A stretch of 64,000 bases of DNA from Candidatus Pantoea bathycoeliae (GCA_031332935.1 JAUHTP010000006.1:23771-87770), one strand, 5' to 3'; shown: positions 51,721-63,183, numbered from the stretch's first letter. Made by a program: numbers and translations. Notes: a model not told the origin generated them from the letters alone.

Positions 51721-52809
51721 ATGGAGAAGATCACCGTCTCACTGGGAGAGCGTAGCTATCCCATCACAATTGCCGCCGGACTGTTTAAGGATCCGGCTTA
51801 TTTTTGGCCGCTGAAAGCGGGTGATAATGCGATGCTGGTCACTAACCAGACGCTGGCACCGCTCTATCTTGAGCGGCTCTCGGCGCTGCTGACAGCGGCG
51901 GGCGTCAAAGTGGATCAGGTGATTTTACCCGACGGCGAACAGTACAAAACGCTCGCTGTAATGGATGAAGTCTTTACCGCGTTACTGAAAAAACCACACG
52001 GTCGCGACACCACGCTAATTGCGTTCGGTGGCGGCGTGATTGGCGATCTTACCGGCTTTGCTGCCGCCAGCTATCAGCGTGGCGTATGCTTTATTCAGGT
52101 GCCCACCACGCTGCTGTCGCAGGTCGATTCGTCGGTCGGCGGTAAAACGGCCGTCAACCATCCGTTAGGCAAAAATATGATCGGCGCGTTTTACCAGCCT
52201 GCATCGGTGGTCATTGACACCGACTGTCTGCGTACGCTGCCGCCGCGTGAACTGGCTTCAGGCCTCGCGGAAGTCATTAAGTACGGCATCATCCTGGATG
52301 GCGATTTCTTTAGCTGGCTGGAGCAAAACCTCGATGCGCTGCTGGCGCTGGACGAACAGGCGATAGCCTGGTGCATTCGCCACTGCTGCGAGCTTAAGGC
52401 TGAGGTCGTTGCTGCCGATGAGCATGAGCATGGCCAGCGCGCACTGCTGAATCTTGGGCATACCTTTGGCCACGCCATCGAAGCGCACATGGGCTACGGC
52501 AACTGGCTGCACGGCGAAGCTGTCGCGGCGGGTATGGTCATGGCGGCACGTACGGCGCAACTGCTGGGCCAGTTCAGCGAGGCCGATACCCAACGTATTA
52601 TCGCGCTGTTGCAGCGTGCTGGTCTGCCTGTGCAGGGTCCAGAAAGCATGAAGGCGGAAGAGTACATGCCCCATATGCTGCGCGATAAAAAAGTGCTGGC
52701 GGGCGAGCTGCGTCTGGTACTGCCGCTGGCGTTAGGCCGCTCCGAAGTGCGCAGCGGCATAGCGCATGATATGGTGCTGGCTGCGATTAACGACTGTCAG
52801 AAACTCTGA
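51721..52809 (+). CDS. aroB: 3-dehydroquinate synthase
   Basis: 362 aa, collinear with E. coli AroB ([18 protein letters not shown]...). Confidence 0.97.
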   Translation: MEKITVSLGERSYPITIAAGLFKDPAYFWPLKAGDNAMLVTNQTLAPLYLERLSALLTAAGVKVDQVILPDGEQYKTLAVMDEVFTALLKKPHGRDTTLIAFGGGVIGDLTGFAAASYQRGVCFIQVPTTLLSQVDSSVGGKTAVNHPLGKNMIGAFYQPASVVIDTDCLRTLPPRELASGLAEVIKYGIILDGDFFSWLEQNLDALLALDEQAIAWCIRHCCELKAEVVAADEHEHGQRALLNLGHTFGHAIEAHMGYGNWLHGEAVAAGMVMAARTAQLLGQFSEADTQRIIALLQRAGLPVQGPESMKAEEYMPHMLRDKKVLAGELRLVLPLALGRSEVRSGIAHDMVLAAINDCQKL

Positions 52810-52881
52810 ACATAAACAGTCAAGTGGTGACGCGGCGCGCGGGGTGCGCATGGCCGAATGCCGCTTTACGGAGGAGGCAAA

Positions 52882-53880
52882 ATGGATGAGTTTAAACCGG
52901 AAGACGAGTTAAAACCTGACGCCAGCGACCGCCGTCCATCGCGCCCGCGTAAGACGTCTTCTGCACCAAAAGTGCCGGTTCCACGCCAGCATATGATGAT
53001 GGGTATCGGCATTCTGGTACTGCTACTGCTACTGCTACTACTACTGCTGGTGCTCGGCATTGGTTCGGCGCTGAAAGGCCCGGATGAGAGCAAGCCGACC
53101 ACAGGTAGTGGTGCAAATAACGCACCGGCTTCTTCTGGCGGCAATGGCGGCGAAAAGAGCATAGATCTTTCAGGCTCGACTACCATGAGCGGCGGCCAGA
53201 CCGCGCCGACGGAAAACGCGGCGACAGGCAACACACCAGCCGACAGCAGCGCGACACGTGATGTCTCGATGCCACCGGTCACTTCAACGCCCACTCAGGC
53301 GGCTCCGATCGAAACACCTGACAATCAGCAGCGCGTCACCTTACCTGGCGATCTTAACAGCGCGCTGAGCAATCAGCAGCAGCAGGTTAATAACGCCGCG
53401 CAAGGCACTACCAGTTCGCTGCCAACCGCACCGGCTACGCCACGCGCCTCTGCCCAAACGCATACGTCGCGCGAACCTGCACACAAAAACACTACCGCTG
53501 CCAAGCCGTCAGCCAGCGAAAGCCGCACGCACACTACGCCAGCGCGTCCCGCCATCAATGGCTCGACAAGCAGCAGCGGTGCAACAGCCAGCAGCGGTGC
53601 TGCCTCCAGCAAGCCGCTGTCGGGTGGCAACTACACGTTGCAGCTGAGCGGCGCCTCGCGTGAGGAAAGCCTGAATGCCTGGGCGAGAAAGCAAAATCTC
53701 AGTAACTATCACGTTTATAAAACCACGCGTAACGGCCAGCCGTGGTACGTGCTGGTCAGTGGCTCTTACGCCACCTCGGCAGATGCACGACGCGCAGTGG
53801 CCACGTTGCCCGCCGAAGTGCGCGCGCAAAAACCATGGGTGAAGCCCGTAAGTCAGGTGAATAAAGAAGCCAGCCAGTAA
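52882..53880 (+). CDS. damX: cell-division SPOR-domain protein DamX
   Basis: MDEFKPEDELKPD.SDRR... N-terminus as in E. coli DamX (GGAGGA upstream), a single TM segment and a C-terminal SPOR-like domain (YTLQLSGASREESLNAWARKQNL...YVLVSGSYA). Confidence 0.9.
   Translation: MDEFKPEDELKPDASDRRPSRPRKTSSAPKVPVPRQHMMMGIGILVLLLLLLLLLLVLGIGSALKGPDESKPTTGSGANNAPASSGGNGGEKSIDLSGSTTMSGGQTAPTENAATGNTPADSSATRDVSMPPVTSTPTQAAPIETPDNQQRVTLPGDLNSALSNQQQQVNNAAQGTTSSLPTAPATPRASAQTHTSREPAHKNTTAAKPSASESRTHTTPARPAINGSTSSSGATASSGAASSKPLSGGNYTLQLSGASREESLNAWARKQNLSNYHVYKTTRNGQPWYVLVSGSYATSADARRAVATLPAEVRAQKPWVKPVSQVNKEASQ
53020..53049 (+). repeat. run of ten consecutive CTG/CTA leucine codons in the damX transmembrane segment
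   Basis: CTG CTA CTG CTA CTG CTA CTA CTA CTG CTG encodes L10. E. coli has LLLLIIG at the equivalent position. Confidence 0.9.
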
Positions 53881-53975
53881 ACCATGTGGGGCCGGTTAAT
53901 CCGGCCCCGTTGATAAGCGCCGTTCTGCTGTCGGTCCGCCACAGCTCCACAATTAAGATGTATAACCACGACAGC

Positions 53976-54785
53976 ATGAAGAAAAATCGCGCTTTCCTGA
54001 AATGGGCAGGAGGAAAATATCCTCTGATGGACCATATTCGTCGCCATCTGCCGCAAGGCGACTGCCTGATTGAGCCCTTTGTTGGCGCGGGTTCGGTGTT
54101 TCTTAACACTGACTATGCGCGTTACCATCTGGCCGATATCAACAGCGACCTGATCAACCTCTACAACATCGTTAAAAACCGCAGCGCGGTATTTATCGAA
54201 GATGTACGCCGTCTGTTCTCGCTTGAAGGCAATACGTCAGAATGCTACTACCTGCGTCGCACCACCTTTAACGCCAGCAGCGACCCTTATGAGCGCGCGC
54301 TGCTGTTTCTCTACCTGAACCGGCACGGCTATAACGGCTTATGCCGCTACAACCTGCGCGGCGAGTTCAACGTGCCCTTTGGCCGTTACCGTAAGCCTTA
54401 TTTCCCCGAAGCCGAGCTGTTATGGTTTGCGGAGCGCGCGCAAAAGGCGACCTTTGTCTGCGAATCGTACTATGTTACCCTGACCAGCGCGCAGGAAGGC
54501 TCGGTGGTCTATTGCGATCCGCCCTATGCGCCGCTGTCGGCAACGGCTAATTTTACGGCTTACCATACCAACAACTTTAGCCTGCGCGAGCAGCAGCATC
54601 TGGCAGAGCTGGCGGAACGGGCGCAAAAGAGCCGCATTCCGGTACTGATTTCCAATCACGATACCGCTTTGACGCGTCTCTGGTATCAGAATGCAGAGTT
54701 ACATGTGGTGAAAGCGCGGCGTTCTATTAGCAAGAGCATAACGGGTCGCACCAAGGTGGATGAACTGCTGGCTCTTTACAGCTAG
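53976..54785 (+). CDS. dam: DNA adenine methyltransferase (GATC)
   Basis: MKKNRAFLKWAGGKYPL..., EPFVGAGSVF and DPPY motifs, collinear with E. coli Dam. It ends at a TAG stop. Confidence 0.95.
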   Translation: MKKNRAFLKWAGGKYPLMDHIRRHLPQGDCLIEPFVGAGSVFLNTDYARYHLADINSDLINLYNIVKNRSAVFIEDVRRLFSLEGNTSECYYLRRTTFNASSDPYERALLFLYLNRHGYNGLCRYNLRGEFNVPFGRYRKPYFPEAELLWFAERAQKATFVCESYYVTLTSAQEGSVVYCDPPYAPLSATANFTAYHTNNFSLREQQHLAELAERAQKSRIPVLISNHDTALTRLWYQNAELHVVKARRSISKSITGRTKVDELLALYS

Positions 54786-54851
54786 CCTGTTTCGTCCGCG
54801 ACCAGGCATTACGTCAGCCGTCAGGCTGGCGCACAACATTGGGAGAATCGG

Positions 54852-55535
54852 ATGAAACAATATTTGCTGGCCCCTTCAATCCTTGCGGCGGACTTTGCCC
54901 GCCTTGGTGAAGATACCGCAAAAGCGTTAGCCGCGGGCGGCGACGTAGTGCATTTCGACGTGATGGACAATCACTACGTTCCCAACCTTACGATGGGGCC
55001 GATGGTGCTGAAAGCGCTGCGCGACTACGGCATTACCGCGCCGATTGATGTGCATCTGATGGTAAAACCGGTAGATGCGCTGATCCCGGAGTTCGCTAAA
55101 GCGGGTGCCAGCTATATCACTTTTCATCCTGAGGCGAGTGAGCACGTTGACCGCACGCTGCAGCTGATTAAAGAGCACGGCTGCAAAGCGGGCCTAGTGT
55201 TTAATCCGGCGACGCCGCTCAGCTATCTCGATTACGTGATGGACAAGCTCGACGTCATCCTGATTATGTCCGTTAACCCCGGCTTCGGCGGCCAGTCCTT
55301 TATTCCCGGCACGCTGGACAAGCTGCGTGAAGCGCGCAGGCGCATCGATCACGGCGGCTACAATATTCGCCTTGAAGTCGATGGCGGGGTGAAAATTGAT
55401 AACATTGCGCAGATCGCTGCGGCGGGCGCAGATATGTTTGTTGCGGGCTCGGCGATTTTCGGCCATCCCGATTACAAAAAAGTGATTGATGAAATGCGTC
55501 ACGAACTGGAGAAGGTTAATGGCTCATTTCACTGA
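54852..55535 (+). CDS. rpe: ribulose-phosphate 3-epimerase
   Basis: 227 aa, highly similar to E. coli Rpe ([22 protein letters not shown]...). Confidence 0.97.
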   Translation: MKQYLLAPSILAADFARLGEDTAKALAAGGDVVHFDVMDNHYVPNLTMGPMVLKALRDYGITAPIDVHLMVKPVDALIPEFAKAGASYITFHPEASEHVDRTLQLIKEHGCKAGLVFNPATPLSYLDYVMDKLDVILIMSVNPGFGGQSFIPGTLDKLREARRRIDHGGYNIRLEVDGGVKIDNIAQIAAAGADMFVAGSAIFGHPDYKKVIDEMRHELEKVNGSFH

Positions 55536-56142
55536 TATTCGCGCGCTGACGTTTGATCTCGACGACACGCTGGTGCACAGCGCACCGGGCTTGGCGCAGG
55601 CAATCGATCTGGCGCTGGCCGATCTACAGCTGCCGCCAGCGGGCCTGGAACGTACCTCAACCTGGATTGGCAACGGCGCGGACATCATGATGTCGCGCGC
55701 GCTGTTTGACAAACACTACGCTGATACGGTGGAAGCAGGCAGCACGCTGTTTCCCTAGGTGAAAGAGACGCTGCTGGCGCTGCACGCTAAAGGTCTGCCG
55801 CTGGCAATCGTGACCAACAAGCCGACCCCTTTCGTTGCACCGCTGCTGGAATCGCTCGGCATTTCCGACGCCTTTACGCTGATTATCGGCGGCGATGACG
55901 TGATCGTGAAAAAACCGCATCCGGCGGCGATTTTCCTGGTGCTGGGCCACTTCGGCGTATTGCCGAATCAGCTGCTGTTTGTGGGTGATTCGCGTAACGA
56001 TATTCAGCCAGCGCAGGCGGCTGGCGTGCCGAACGTCGCCATGACCTATGGCTACAACTACGGCGAGCCGATCTCCGACAGCAACCCGAATTTGACTCTC
56101 GACTCTTTTGATGAACTTTTGCCCGCTCTCGGGCTGCACTAA
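55519..56142 (+). pseudogene. gph: phosphoglycolate phosphatase with an in-frame amber codon and an internal deletion
   Basis: [25 protein letters not shown]... runs to a TAG at 55756-55758 (TLFP*VKETL; E. coli has FLFPHVADTL). The same frame then continues to the native end (...LLPALGLH). About 30 cap-domain residues are missing relative to E. coli. Confidence 0.78.
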
Positions 56143-56155
56143 TCAGGACACAAGC

Positions 56156-57178
56156 ATGAGCAAACCCATTGTTTTCAGCGGCGCACAGCCGTCCGGCGAA
56201 CTTACCATTGGCAACTATATGGGTGCGCTGCGTCAGTGGGTGCAGATGCAGGACGATTTCCACTGCATTTACTGCATCGTCGATCTGCACGCCATCACCG
56301 TTCGCCAAGATCCTGCGGCGCTGCGTAAGGCCACGCTGGATACGCTGGCGCTTTATCTCGCCTGCGGCATCGACCCGAATAAAAGCACTATCTTCGTTCA
56401 GTCGCATGTACCGGAACATGCCCAGTTGAGCTGGGTGCTGAACTGCTATGCCTATTTCGGCGAGCTGAGCCGCATGACGCAGTTTAAAGACAAGTCAGCG
56501 CGCTACGAAGAGAACATCAACGCGGGCCTGTTTGATTATCCGGTGCTGATGGCGGCAGATATCCTGCTGTATCAGACCAACCATGTGCCGGTGGGCGAAG
56601 ACCAGAAGCAGCATCTGGAGCTAAGCCGCGACATCGCGCAGCGCTTCAATGCGATCTACGGTGATATTTTCCGCGTGCCTGAGCCGTTTATTCCGAAATC
56701 AGGCGCGCGCGTGATGTCGCTGCTGGAGCCGACGCGCAAGATGTCCAAGTCGGACGATAACCGCAATAACGTTATTGGCCTGCTGGAAGATCCAAAGTCG
56801 GTAGTGAAGAAGATCAAACGTGCCGTGACTGACTCCGAAGAGCCGCATGTGGTGCGCTACGATGTGAAAGAGAAGGCGGGCGTGTCAAACCTGCTGGACA
56901 TTCTGTCGGGCGTGACGGGTAAAACCATCGCCGAGCTGGAAGCGGAGTTCGAAGGCAAGATGTATGGCCACCTGAAAGGCGTGATGGCGGATGCGGTCTC
57001 CGGTATGCTCTCTGAGCTGCAGGAGCGCTATAACCGCTATCGCAACGATGAAGCTTTCCTGGAGCAGGTGATGCGTGACGGCGCGCAGAAAGCGCGTGAA
57101 CGTGCGCAGGAGACGCTGAAAAAGGTGTATGAAGCCATTGGCTTTGTCGCTGCGCCTGCTCCAGCAGCAGCTGGTTGA
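56156..57178 (+). CDS. trpS: tryptophan--tRNA ligase (C-terminal tail replaced at a deletion junction)
   Basis: [24 protein letters not shown] (HIGH-like) and KMSKS motifs, collinear with E. coli TrpS to ...YEAIGFVA. The last residues PAPAAAG and the stop are encoded by antisense cysG DNA. Confidence 0.94.
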   Translation: MSKPIVFSGAQPSGELTIGNYMGALRQWVQMQDDFHCIYCIVDLHAITVRQDPAALRKATLDTLALYLACGIDPNKSTIFVQSHVPEHAQLSWVLNCYAYFGELSRMTQFKDKSARYEENINAGLFDYPVLMAADILLYQTNHVPVGEDQKQHLELSRDIAQRFNAIYGDIFRVPEPFIPKSGARVMSLLEPTRKMSKSDDNRNNVIGLLEDPKSVVKKIKRAVTDSEEPHVVRYDVKEKAGVSNLLDILSGVTGKTIAELEAEFEGKMYGHLKGVMADAVSGMLSELQERYNRYRNDEAFLEQVMRDGAQKARERAQETLKKVYEAIGFVAAPAPAAAG

Positions 57179-57975
57179 TCTCTGCCTGCGGCACGCAGTG
57201 ATGTCCGGCGCGCTTGCCGACGAAGATGCGCTCGGTGTCGCGCCAGGTTAAGGATCTCCTCCGAGACCAGCCGATCGTAAACAATTACTTCAGCATGCTG
57301 GATCTGTTGTAGCCCTTTCAGCGTCAGCAGGCCCGCATCGCCCGGCCCGGCGCCCACCAGCGTCACTTCACCCTGCGCCGGCAGATCGTCACTGAACAGC
57401 GAGTCGGTAATCTGCGCTGCACGCGCGCTGTTGCCATTGGCGAGCGTCTGCGCCAGCCGGTCGCTGGTGAAAAGCGTTCCCAGAAATAGCGGCGCTGCGC
57501 CATGGAAGTGAAGCGCTGTTTAACGCGTGCCCGCCAGCGACGCCAGCTCGCCGAAATGCTGTGGCAGCATCGCCTCCAGCTTCTCGCGCAGCAGGCGCCA
57601 GCACGGGCGCGCGGCGGCCTGAAGAGACCGCGACCATCAGCGGCGAACGGTCAATAATCGACGGCATGATGGCGCTGGCCTGCTCTGGGGCATCGACCAG
57701 ATTGCAAGAAGATGCGAAGCGCTTGGGCAGCATCCGCCACCTGCTGGTTCACAACATCATCATCTGTCGCCGCGACCACCAGCCAGCCTCAAACGCGCCG
57801 GTAATAAGCGTCAGCTCGCCGTTGTCAGCCCACTGGCGGAAGGCTGGAGAAAAGTGCAGCGCGCCGACGTGCAGGTCGGCACCCGCAGCAAGCGCGCTTT
57901 GCGCTCAGCGACGTCACCGCCACCGACCAGTAAACAGCTTTTGCCCTGAAGGCGGCAAATAAAGAGGGAAGTAAC
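57151..57975 (-). pseudogene. cysG: siroheme synthase CysG remnant: 3'-truncated with multiple frameshifts
   Basis: Recognisable pieces lie in different frames: [80 protein letters not shown] and [27 protein letters not shown]. The sequence then stops at the trpS junction (about 57150), so about 170 C-terminal codons are missing. Confidence 0.82.
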
Positions 57976-57987
57976 CTATAAAGCGTC

Positions 57988-58386
57988 CTAAAAGCGAGAG
58001 GGGAGCATGCTGCCGGTGAGCGCGTCACCGGCAGCGCAGCATAGCATCAGGGAGAGGATAAGGTCATGCGCAAATCTCGTGCCTGCGTTGACGCGCACTG
58101 GATACGCGGCGACAGAGCGCGTCGCATCTTCCATGCAGTAGCCGTCACTGAGGCGGAAGCATTGCTTCTTCAGCGGGCTAGCCACCCAGAGCGTATTGTC
58201 ATGCTCGGCGATAATGCCGCGCGACAGGACGCTGGCCTGCGCAAAGGAATCGATATTGCTAATCGCGAACAGCTCATCGTTGTGATGCGGCCGGAAAATG
58301 GCGATCTGCTGGTTATTCACCAGCGCGCACACGCCGGTCGCCGGCAGGATCTGTTCGATATCGCAAACGGGTCTCCACTGGCTCAT
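57988..58386 (-). CDS. nirD: nitrite reductase small subunit NirD (about 24-aa C-terminal extension relative to E. coli)
   Basis: MSQW...GVCAL...QIAIFRP...FAISNID.F...SVLSRGIIAEH...LWVASPLKKQCFRLSDGYCMED matches NirD. The tail ...TRFAHDLILSLMLCCAAGDAL... has no counterpart, so the native stop may have been lost. Confidence 0.75.
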   Translation of the reverse strand: MSQWRPVCDIEQILPATGVCALVNNQQIAIFRPHHNDELFAISNIDSFAQASVLSRGIIAEHDNTLWVASPLKKQCFRLSDGYCMEDATRSVAAYPVRVNAGTRFAHDLILSLMLCCAAGDALTGSMLPSRF

Positions 58387-60908
58387 ATTTCGCTCTCCTC
58401 TATCAGGGTAACGGCAATGCGTTCTTCCGGACGCGCCGGACGATTCTGCTGGCGTTCAGGAACCGTCTGCACGTTGGGATCGCGCTGCGGCGCGTTGATA
58501 AAGTGGGCGAAGCGGGCGTGCTGTGCAGGATCGTCCACCGTCGCTTTCCACTCGCAGTGGACGCGGGCGCGCAGCACGCTCAGCTCGGCCTCCAGCTTGC
58601 TGTTGATGCCCAGCTTGTCGTTGATGATGACGCTACGCAGATAGTCGATACCGCCTTCAAGGCTTTCCAGCCACAGCCAGGTATGCTGCAGGCGATCGCC
58701 GGTGCGGATATAGAACATCATAAAGCGGTCAAGGTAAGCGACCAGCGTATCGCGATTGAGGTCAGCCGCCAGCAGGTCGGCATAGCGCGGCTTCATGCCG
58801 CCGTTGCCGCAGACATAGAGATTCCAGCATTTCTCCGTGGCGATAATGCCCACATCTTTACCCTGGGCTTCAGCACATTCACGCGTACAGCCGGACACAC
58901 CAAATTTCATTTTGTGCGGCGTACGAATGCCTTTGTAGCGGTTCTCCAGCTTAACGCCGAAGCCAAGGCTGTCGCCGACGCCATAACGGCACCAGGCGCT
59001 GCCAACGCAGGTTTTCGCCATGCGCAGTGCCTTAGCGTAGGCCTGGCCGGTTTCAAAGCCCGTGTCGATAAGCTGTGACCAGATGGCTAGCAGATCGTCT
59101 TTCTGCGCGCCTAACAGGCCGATGTGCTGCGAGCGTGATTTTTGTGTAGAGGCGGTAGCGCTCGGCCACTTCGCCAATCACTTTCAGTCCCTGCGGCGTG
59201 ATTTCACCGCCTGGCGTACGCGGAATAACGGAATAGGTACCGTCTTCTGGATATTGCGGAGAAACAGGTCGTTGCTGTCCTGTAGCGGCGTGTGCTGAGG
59301 CGCGAGCACATAGTCGTTCCAGCATGATGCCATCAGGGAAGCGACAGTGGGCTTACAGACTTCGCAGCCGTAACCTTCACCATATTTCGCCAGCAGCGCG
59401 TCGAAAGTTTTGATCTCTTCAACGCGAATCAGGTGGTAGAGCTCCTGGCGCGAAGAGAGGAAGTGGGCGCAGAGATGATTATTGACCTCAATACCCTGAC
59501 GGCTCAGCTCGGCATTCATCACCTGCGTCAGCAGCGGGATACAGTCGCTGCAGCCGGCTCCAGCGCGGGTTTCGCTTTTCAGCGCCGCCACGGTGTGACA
59601 GCCGCCCTGAACCGCCTTGATGATGTCGCCTTTACTGACGTCGAAGCAGGAGCAGATCTGCGCGCTGTCCGGCAGTGAATCGACGCCCATCACCGGTTTT
59701 TCGCCGCTGCCAGCGGGCAGGATCAAGCCCTCTGGATTTTCCGGCAGCGGAATGGCGTTAAGCACGAACTGCAGCAGGTTACCATAGTCGCTGGTATCGC
59801 CCACCAGCACTGCGCCGAGCAGCGTGGTACCGTCTTCGCTGACAATGAGGCTGTAGACCGAAAGGCTCTCATCCAGCCAGATATAGCTGCGTGCACCCGG
59901 CGTGCTGCCATGGGCGTCGCCAATACCGCCAACGTCGACGTCGAGCAGCTTGAGCTTGGCGCTCATGTCTGCGCCATGGAAAGCATTGTAGCGGTCGAGC
60001 AGCACGTCACTGGCGACCTGCGCCATTTTATAGCCCGGTGCCACTAGGCCAAACGTGAGGTTCTGCCAGGCAGCACACTCGCCAATGGCGTAGATCGCTG
60101 GTCTGACAGCGGTTGTCTATGGCGATACCACCGCGCTGGCCAAGCGCCAGGCCGCACTGTTTCGCCAGTTTGTCTTGCGGGCGAATACCCGTAGAGAACA
60201 CGATAAAGTCGACGTCAAGCGTGCTGCCGTCGGCGAACTGCAAGGTTTTACCGCCTTTTGCATGGTGCACGATTTGCTGGGTATTTTTGCTGGTGTGCAC
60301 CTGCACGCCCATCTCTTCATTTTCCGGCGCAGCTGCTCGCCGCCCTGCACGTCGAGCTGTTCCGCCATCAGCTCTGGCGCAAATTCGATAACGTGGGTTT
60401 CGATGCCTAAATTTTTCAGCGCACCGGTGGCCTCCAGGCCAAGCAGGCCACCGCCAATGACCGCGCCCCGTTTGCTACGCCGCGCGCACGCCTCAATGGC
60501 GTTGAGATCTTCAATGGTGCGGTAAACGAAGCAGTCTGTCCCTTCTGAGCCTTTAATCGGCGGGATCCACGGATAAGAGCCAGTGGCGAAAATCAGGGTA
60601 TCGTAGCGAACGGCACGGCCAGTATTAGAGTGGATCAGCTTCTCTTCACGGTTAATGGTGATGGCGCGCTCACCCAGTAGCAGTTCAACCTGATGTTTTT
60701 CGTAGTAGCCTTCGCGTACCAGCGAGAGTTCTTCGGCGGTATGGTGGGAAAAGTAGGCGGAAAGGTGAACACGGTCGTAGGCGACGCGGGGTTCTTCACA
60801 GAAGACGGTTAATGCGAACTGGCCGGGGTCGGCTTTGTCGATCAGCTCCTCAATAAAGCGATGCCCAACCATGCCGTTACTAATGACGACGACATTGTGC
60901 TTGCTCAT
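58383..60908 (-). pseudogene. nirB: nitrite reductase [NAD(P)H] large subunit NirB, fragmented by at least four frameshifts
   Basis: Collinear NirB sequence from MSKHNVVVISNGMVGHRFIEEL... (60908) to ...RIAVTLIEESEI (58383) is spread over ORFs 60117-60953, 60028-60312, 59184-60044, 59053-59325 and 58383-59177. Confidence 0.9.
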
Positions 60909-60965
60909 GCTTGCCTCAAAATTGCGGGAATTGACGCTACAATAGCGCGCCATTTCCAGCGCAAA

Positions 60966-60979
60966 TTGATATACATCAA
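60966..60979. promoter_or_regulatory. FNR box upstream of nirB
   Basis: TTGAT-ATAC-ATCAA is a perfect match to the FNR consensus TTGAT-N4-ATCAA, about 60 nt upstream of the nirB start. Confidence 0.75.
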
Positions 60980-60992
60980 GCGTCTTTCTGTA

Positions 60993-61008
60993 TACCTATT
61001 TTGAGGTA
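60993..61008. promoter_or_regulatory. NarL/NarP 7-2-7 heptamer pair upstream of nirB
   Basis: TACCTAT-TT-TGAGGTA is an inverted pair of TACYYMT heptamers. Its centre lies 28 bp upstream of the FNR box centre, the same spacing as in the E. coli nirB promoter (-41.5/-69.5). Confidence 0.65.
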
Positions 61009-61160
61009 TATTGCTGTTTCTGCATCATTTTTCGTAAGTTATTCGCTCTGTTAAAAAAATTGCTGGATCACATTTTTAGCGGACGATGAGCGAGGCGAAG
61101 CGGCGAAGGGTAAGGAGAGGAGATAAAAATAAAGGGTGGCTCGCGCCGCCCGTTCTTCAA

Positions 61161-62339
61161 TTAGTGCATCACATGGCCATGCTGGCGATGTCGGGTAACA
61201 AAGCCCAGCAGCACGCACATGACGAACACCACGGCGTAAAGACCGTTCGCCGTCAGCAGCGCGGCATGGACTCCGCTTTGCTTCACAACCGGGCTGGTGA
61301 CGACAAACGTCAGCATGGTGCCCACGGTGCCGCAGGTCAGGATAAAGTTGACCAGCTTCGGCGATGAGACTTTGGTCTGCAGTGAGCCGAGCGTAATGAT
61401 GGTGGTGTAGATAGCGCTGGAGCTGAAGCCCAGAATAATAATGATCCAGTGCAGCATGCTGGCGTCTGTCGCAGTGACGAACCAGTACATCAGCACTGTC
61501 GCCAGACCGGCCAGCACCATCAGGATGCGTTGCAGGTCGAAGAAGCGCAGCAGGAAGCTGAACACCCACATGCCGACCATATAGGCAGTCCAGAAATTAC
61601 CAACTAACTGGCCGGCGGTGGCGATATCCATACCCATGGTTTTGGTCGCGTACTCCGGCACCCAGGATATGAAACCGAGCTGGCCGAGGATATAGCAGAG
61701 CGCAGCGATGGAAAGAAACAGCACGCCGACGCCCCATTTTTCTTTCTCCACCGTCGGGCTGTTCTCAGGCTTACGCAGCACCGGGAACTCGACGCACAGC
61801 GTCAGGACGAAGATCGCAACGTAGATAATCCCGATGCAGACGTAGACCCAGTACCAGGGCAGCGCGCGCGCCAGCAGGATACCGGCAAGCACCGGGAACA
61901 GCGTACCGGCCATGCTGAAGAAGGAGTCGGTAAACAGCAGGCGCGAGCCACGCTGACGGCCTTCATACAGATGCGTAATCAGGAAGGTACCGATCGACAT
62001 GGTGATACCGCTGACCACGCCCAGCACGAACATGCAGAGCGAGAAAACAGAGAGATCGCGGCTGGTCATCAGGCCCAGCACCGCCAGCACCATCAGGATA
62101 AAGCCCAAAATCAGCTGGCGCTTCAGCGGCACAATCACCATCAGCCAAGCGTTCAGGAAAACAGAAACCAGAATGCCCGCGTTCAGGAAAGTAAAGGTAT
62201 TCCCCATGCTCTCAATGGGCAGCTGGAAATCCTTCGCGATGTCGCCCATAACCATGCCGGTGACGATCACCAGCGCGCCGGTTAGCGCGTATGAGAAAAA
62301 GCTTATCCAGGTAAGCCCGATACGATTACGATTTGTCAT
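61161..62339 (-). CDS. tsgA: MFS transporter TsgA
   Basis: 392 aa, collinear with E. coli TsgA ([29 protein letters not shown]...). Confidence 0.93.
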   Translation of the reverse strand: MTNRNRIGLTWISFFSYALTGALVIVTGMVMGDIAKDFQLPIESMGNTFTFLNAGILVSVFLNAWLMVIVPLKRQLILGFILMVLAVLGLMTSRDLSVFSLCMFVLGVVSGITMSIGTFLITHLYEGRQRGSRLLFTDSFFSMAGTLFPVLAGILLARALPWYWVYVCIGIIYVAIFVLTLCVEFPVLRKPENSPTVEKEKWGVGVLFLSIAALCYILGQLGFISWVPEYATKTMGMDIATAGQLVGNFWTAYMVGMWVFSFLLRFFDLQRILMVLAGLATVLMYWFVTATDASMLHWIIIILGFSSSAIYTTIITLGSLQTKVSSPKLVNFILTCGTVGTMLTFVVTSPVVKQSGVHAALLTANGLYAVVFVMCVLLGFVTRHRQHGHVMH

Positions 62340-62453
62340 GTTGTGAACCTGTGGAAAACAGAGAGGGCGGCGTAAAAACTGTCAGAAAGTGTAAATGGAA
62401 CTGTGATCTTAATAAATAAAGGCTGAAAATCAGTTTTCATATTTCGTTCATAA

Positions 62454-62469
62454 TGTGATTTATGTCACG
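62454..62469. promoter_or_regulatory. putative CRP site in the tsgA-ppiA divergent region
   Basis: TGTGA-TTTATG-TCACG compared with the consensus TGTGA-N6-TCACA. E. coli ppiA is CRP-dependent. Confidence 0.5.
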
Positions 62470-62608
62470 AAGCATTTGCGTGCGTGTAAATTATGTTCAA
62501 ATTACGCCAAGCGTAAATAAGGGTAAAACACGCTGGCTCTTGTATTTCATGCTCTTTACAATCAATCTCGTTTAAAAGCTGCTCTCCAAGGTAAGGAAGG
62601 AATTATTC

Positions 62609-63183
62609 ATGCTTAAACGTACATTTACAGCGGCAATTGCCCTGCTTGCGCTCTCAACGGTTTCTGTATCAGCGCTGGCTGCCAAAGGCGATACGCACGT
62701 CCAGCTCACCACCTCCGCCGGTAATATCGAACTCGAACTGAATAACCCAAAAGCGCCGGTTTCGGTAAAGAATTTCGTCAATTACGTTAACAAAGAATTC
62801 TATAACAACACCATCTTCCATCGCGTTATCCTTGGCTTTATGGTGCAGGGCGGCGGTTTTACTGCTGATATGCAGCAGAAGCAGACCAACGCACCAATCA
62901 AAAACGAAGCGGATAACGGTTTGCGCAACCTGCGCGGCACCACATTTCGATGGCGCGTACCGCAGAGAAAGACAGCGCGACCAGCCAGTTCTTTCTCAAC
63001 GTTGCTGACAACGCCTTCCTCGATCACGGCCAGCGCGATTTTGGCTACGCGGTTTTTGGTAAAATTGTGAAAGGCATGGACGTTGCCGAAAACATTTATC
63101 AGGTACAGACCAAAGATGTCGGGCCTTATCAACATGTTCCGGTAAAACCAGTAGTTATCCTGTCTGCGAAAGTCCTCCCATAA
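62609..63183 (+). pseudogene. ppiA: periplasmic peptidyl-prolyl isomerase A, frameshifted
   Basis: A signal peptide and cyclophilin core ([18 protein letters not shown]..., FHRVI.GFM.QGGGF) run up to ...NGLRNLRGT. An apparent 2-nt insertion at about 62941-62946 follows. The remainder, [37 protein letters not shown]...[10 protein letters not shown], is in the 62950-63183 frame. Confidence 0.85.

Noticed and set aside
53016-53057. The repetitive CTGCTA tract was considered as a possible CRISPR-like or VNTR array.
   Set aside because: It is a 30-nt in-frame leucine-codon run inside damX, with no spacers or repeat-spacer periodicity.
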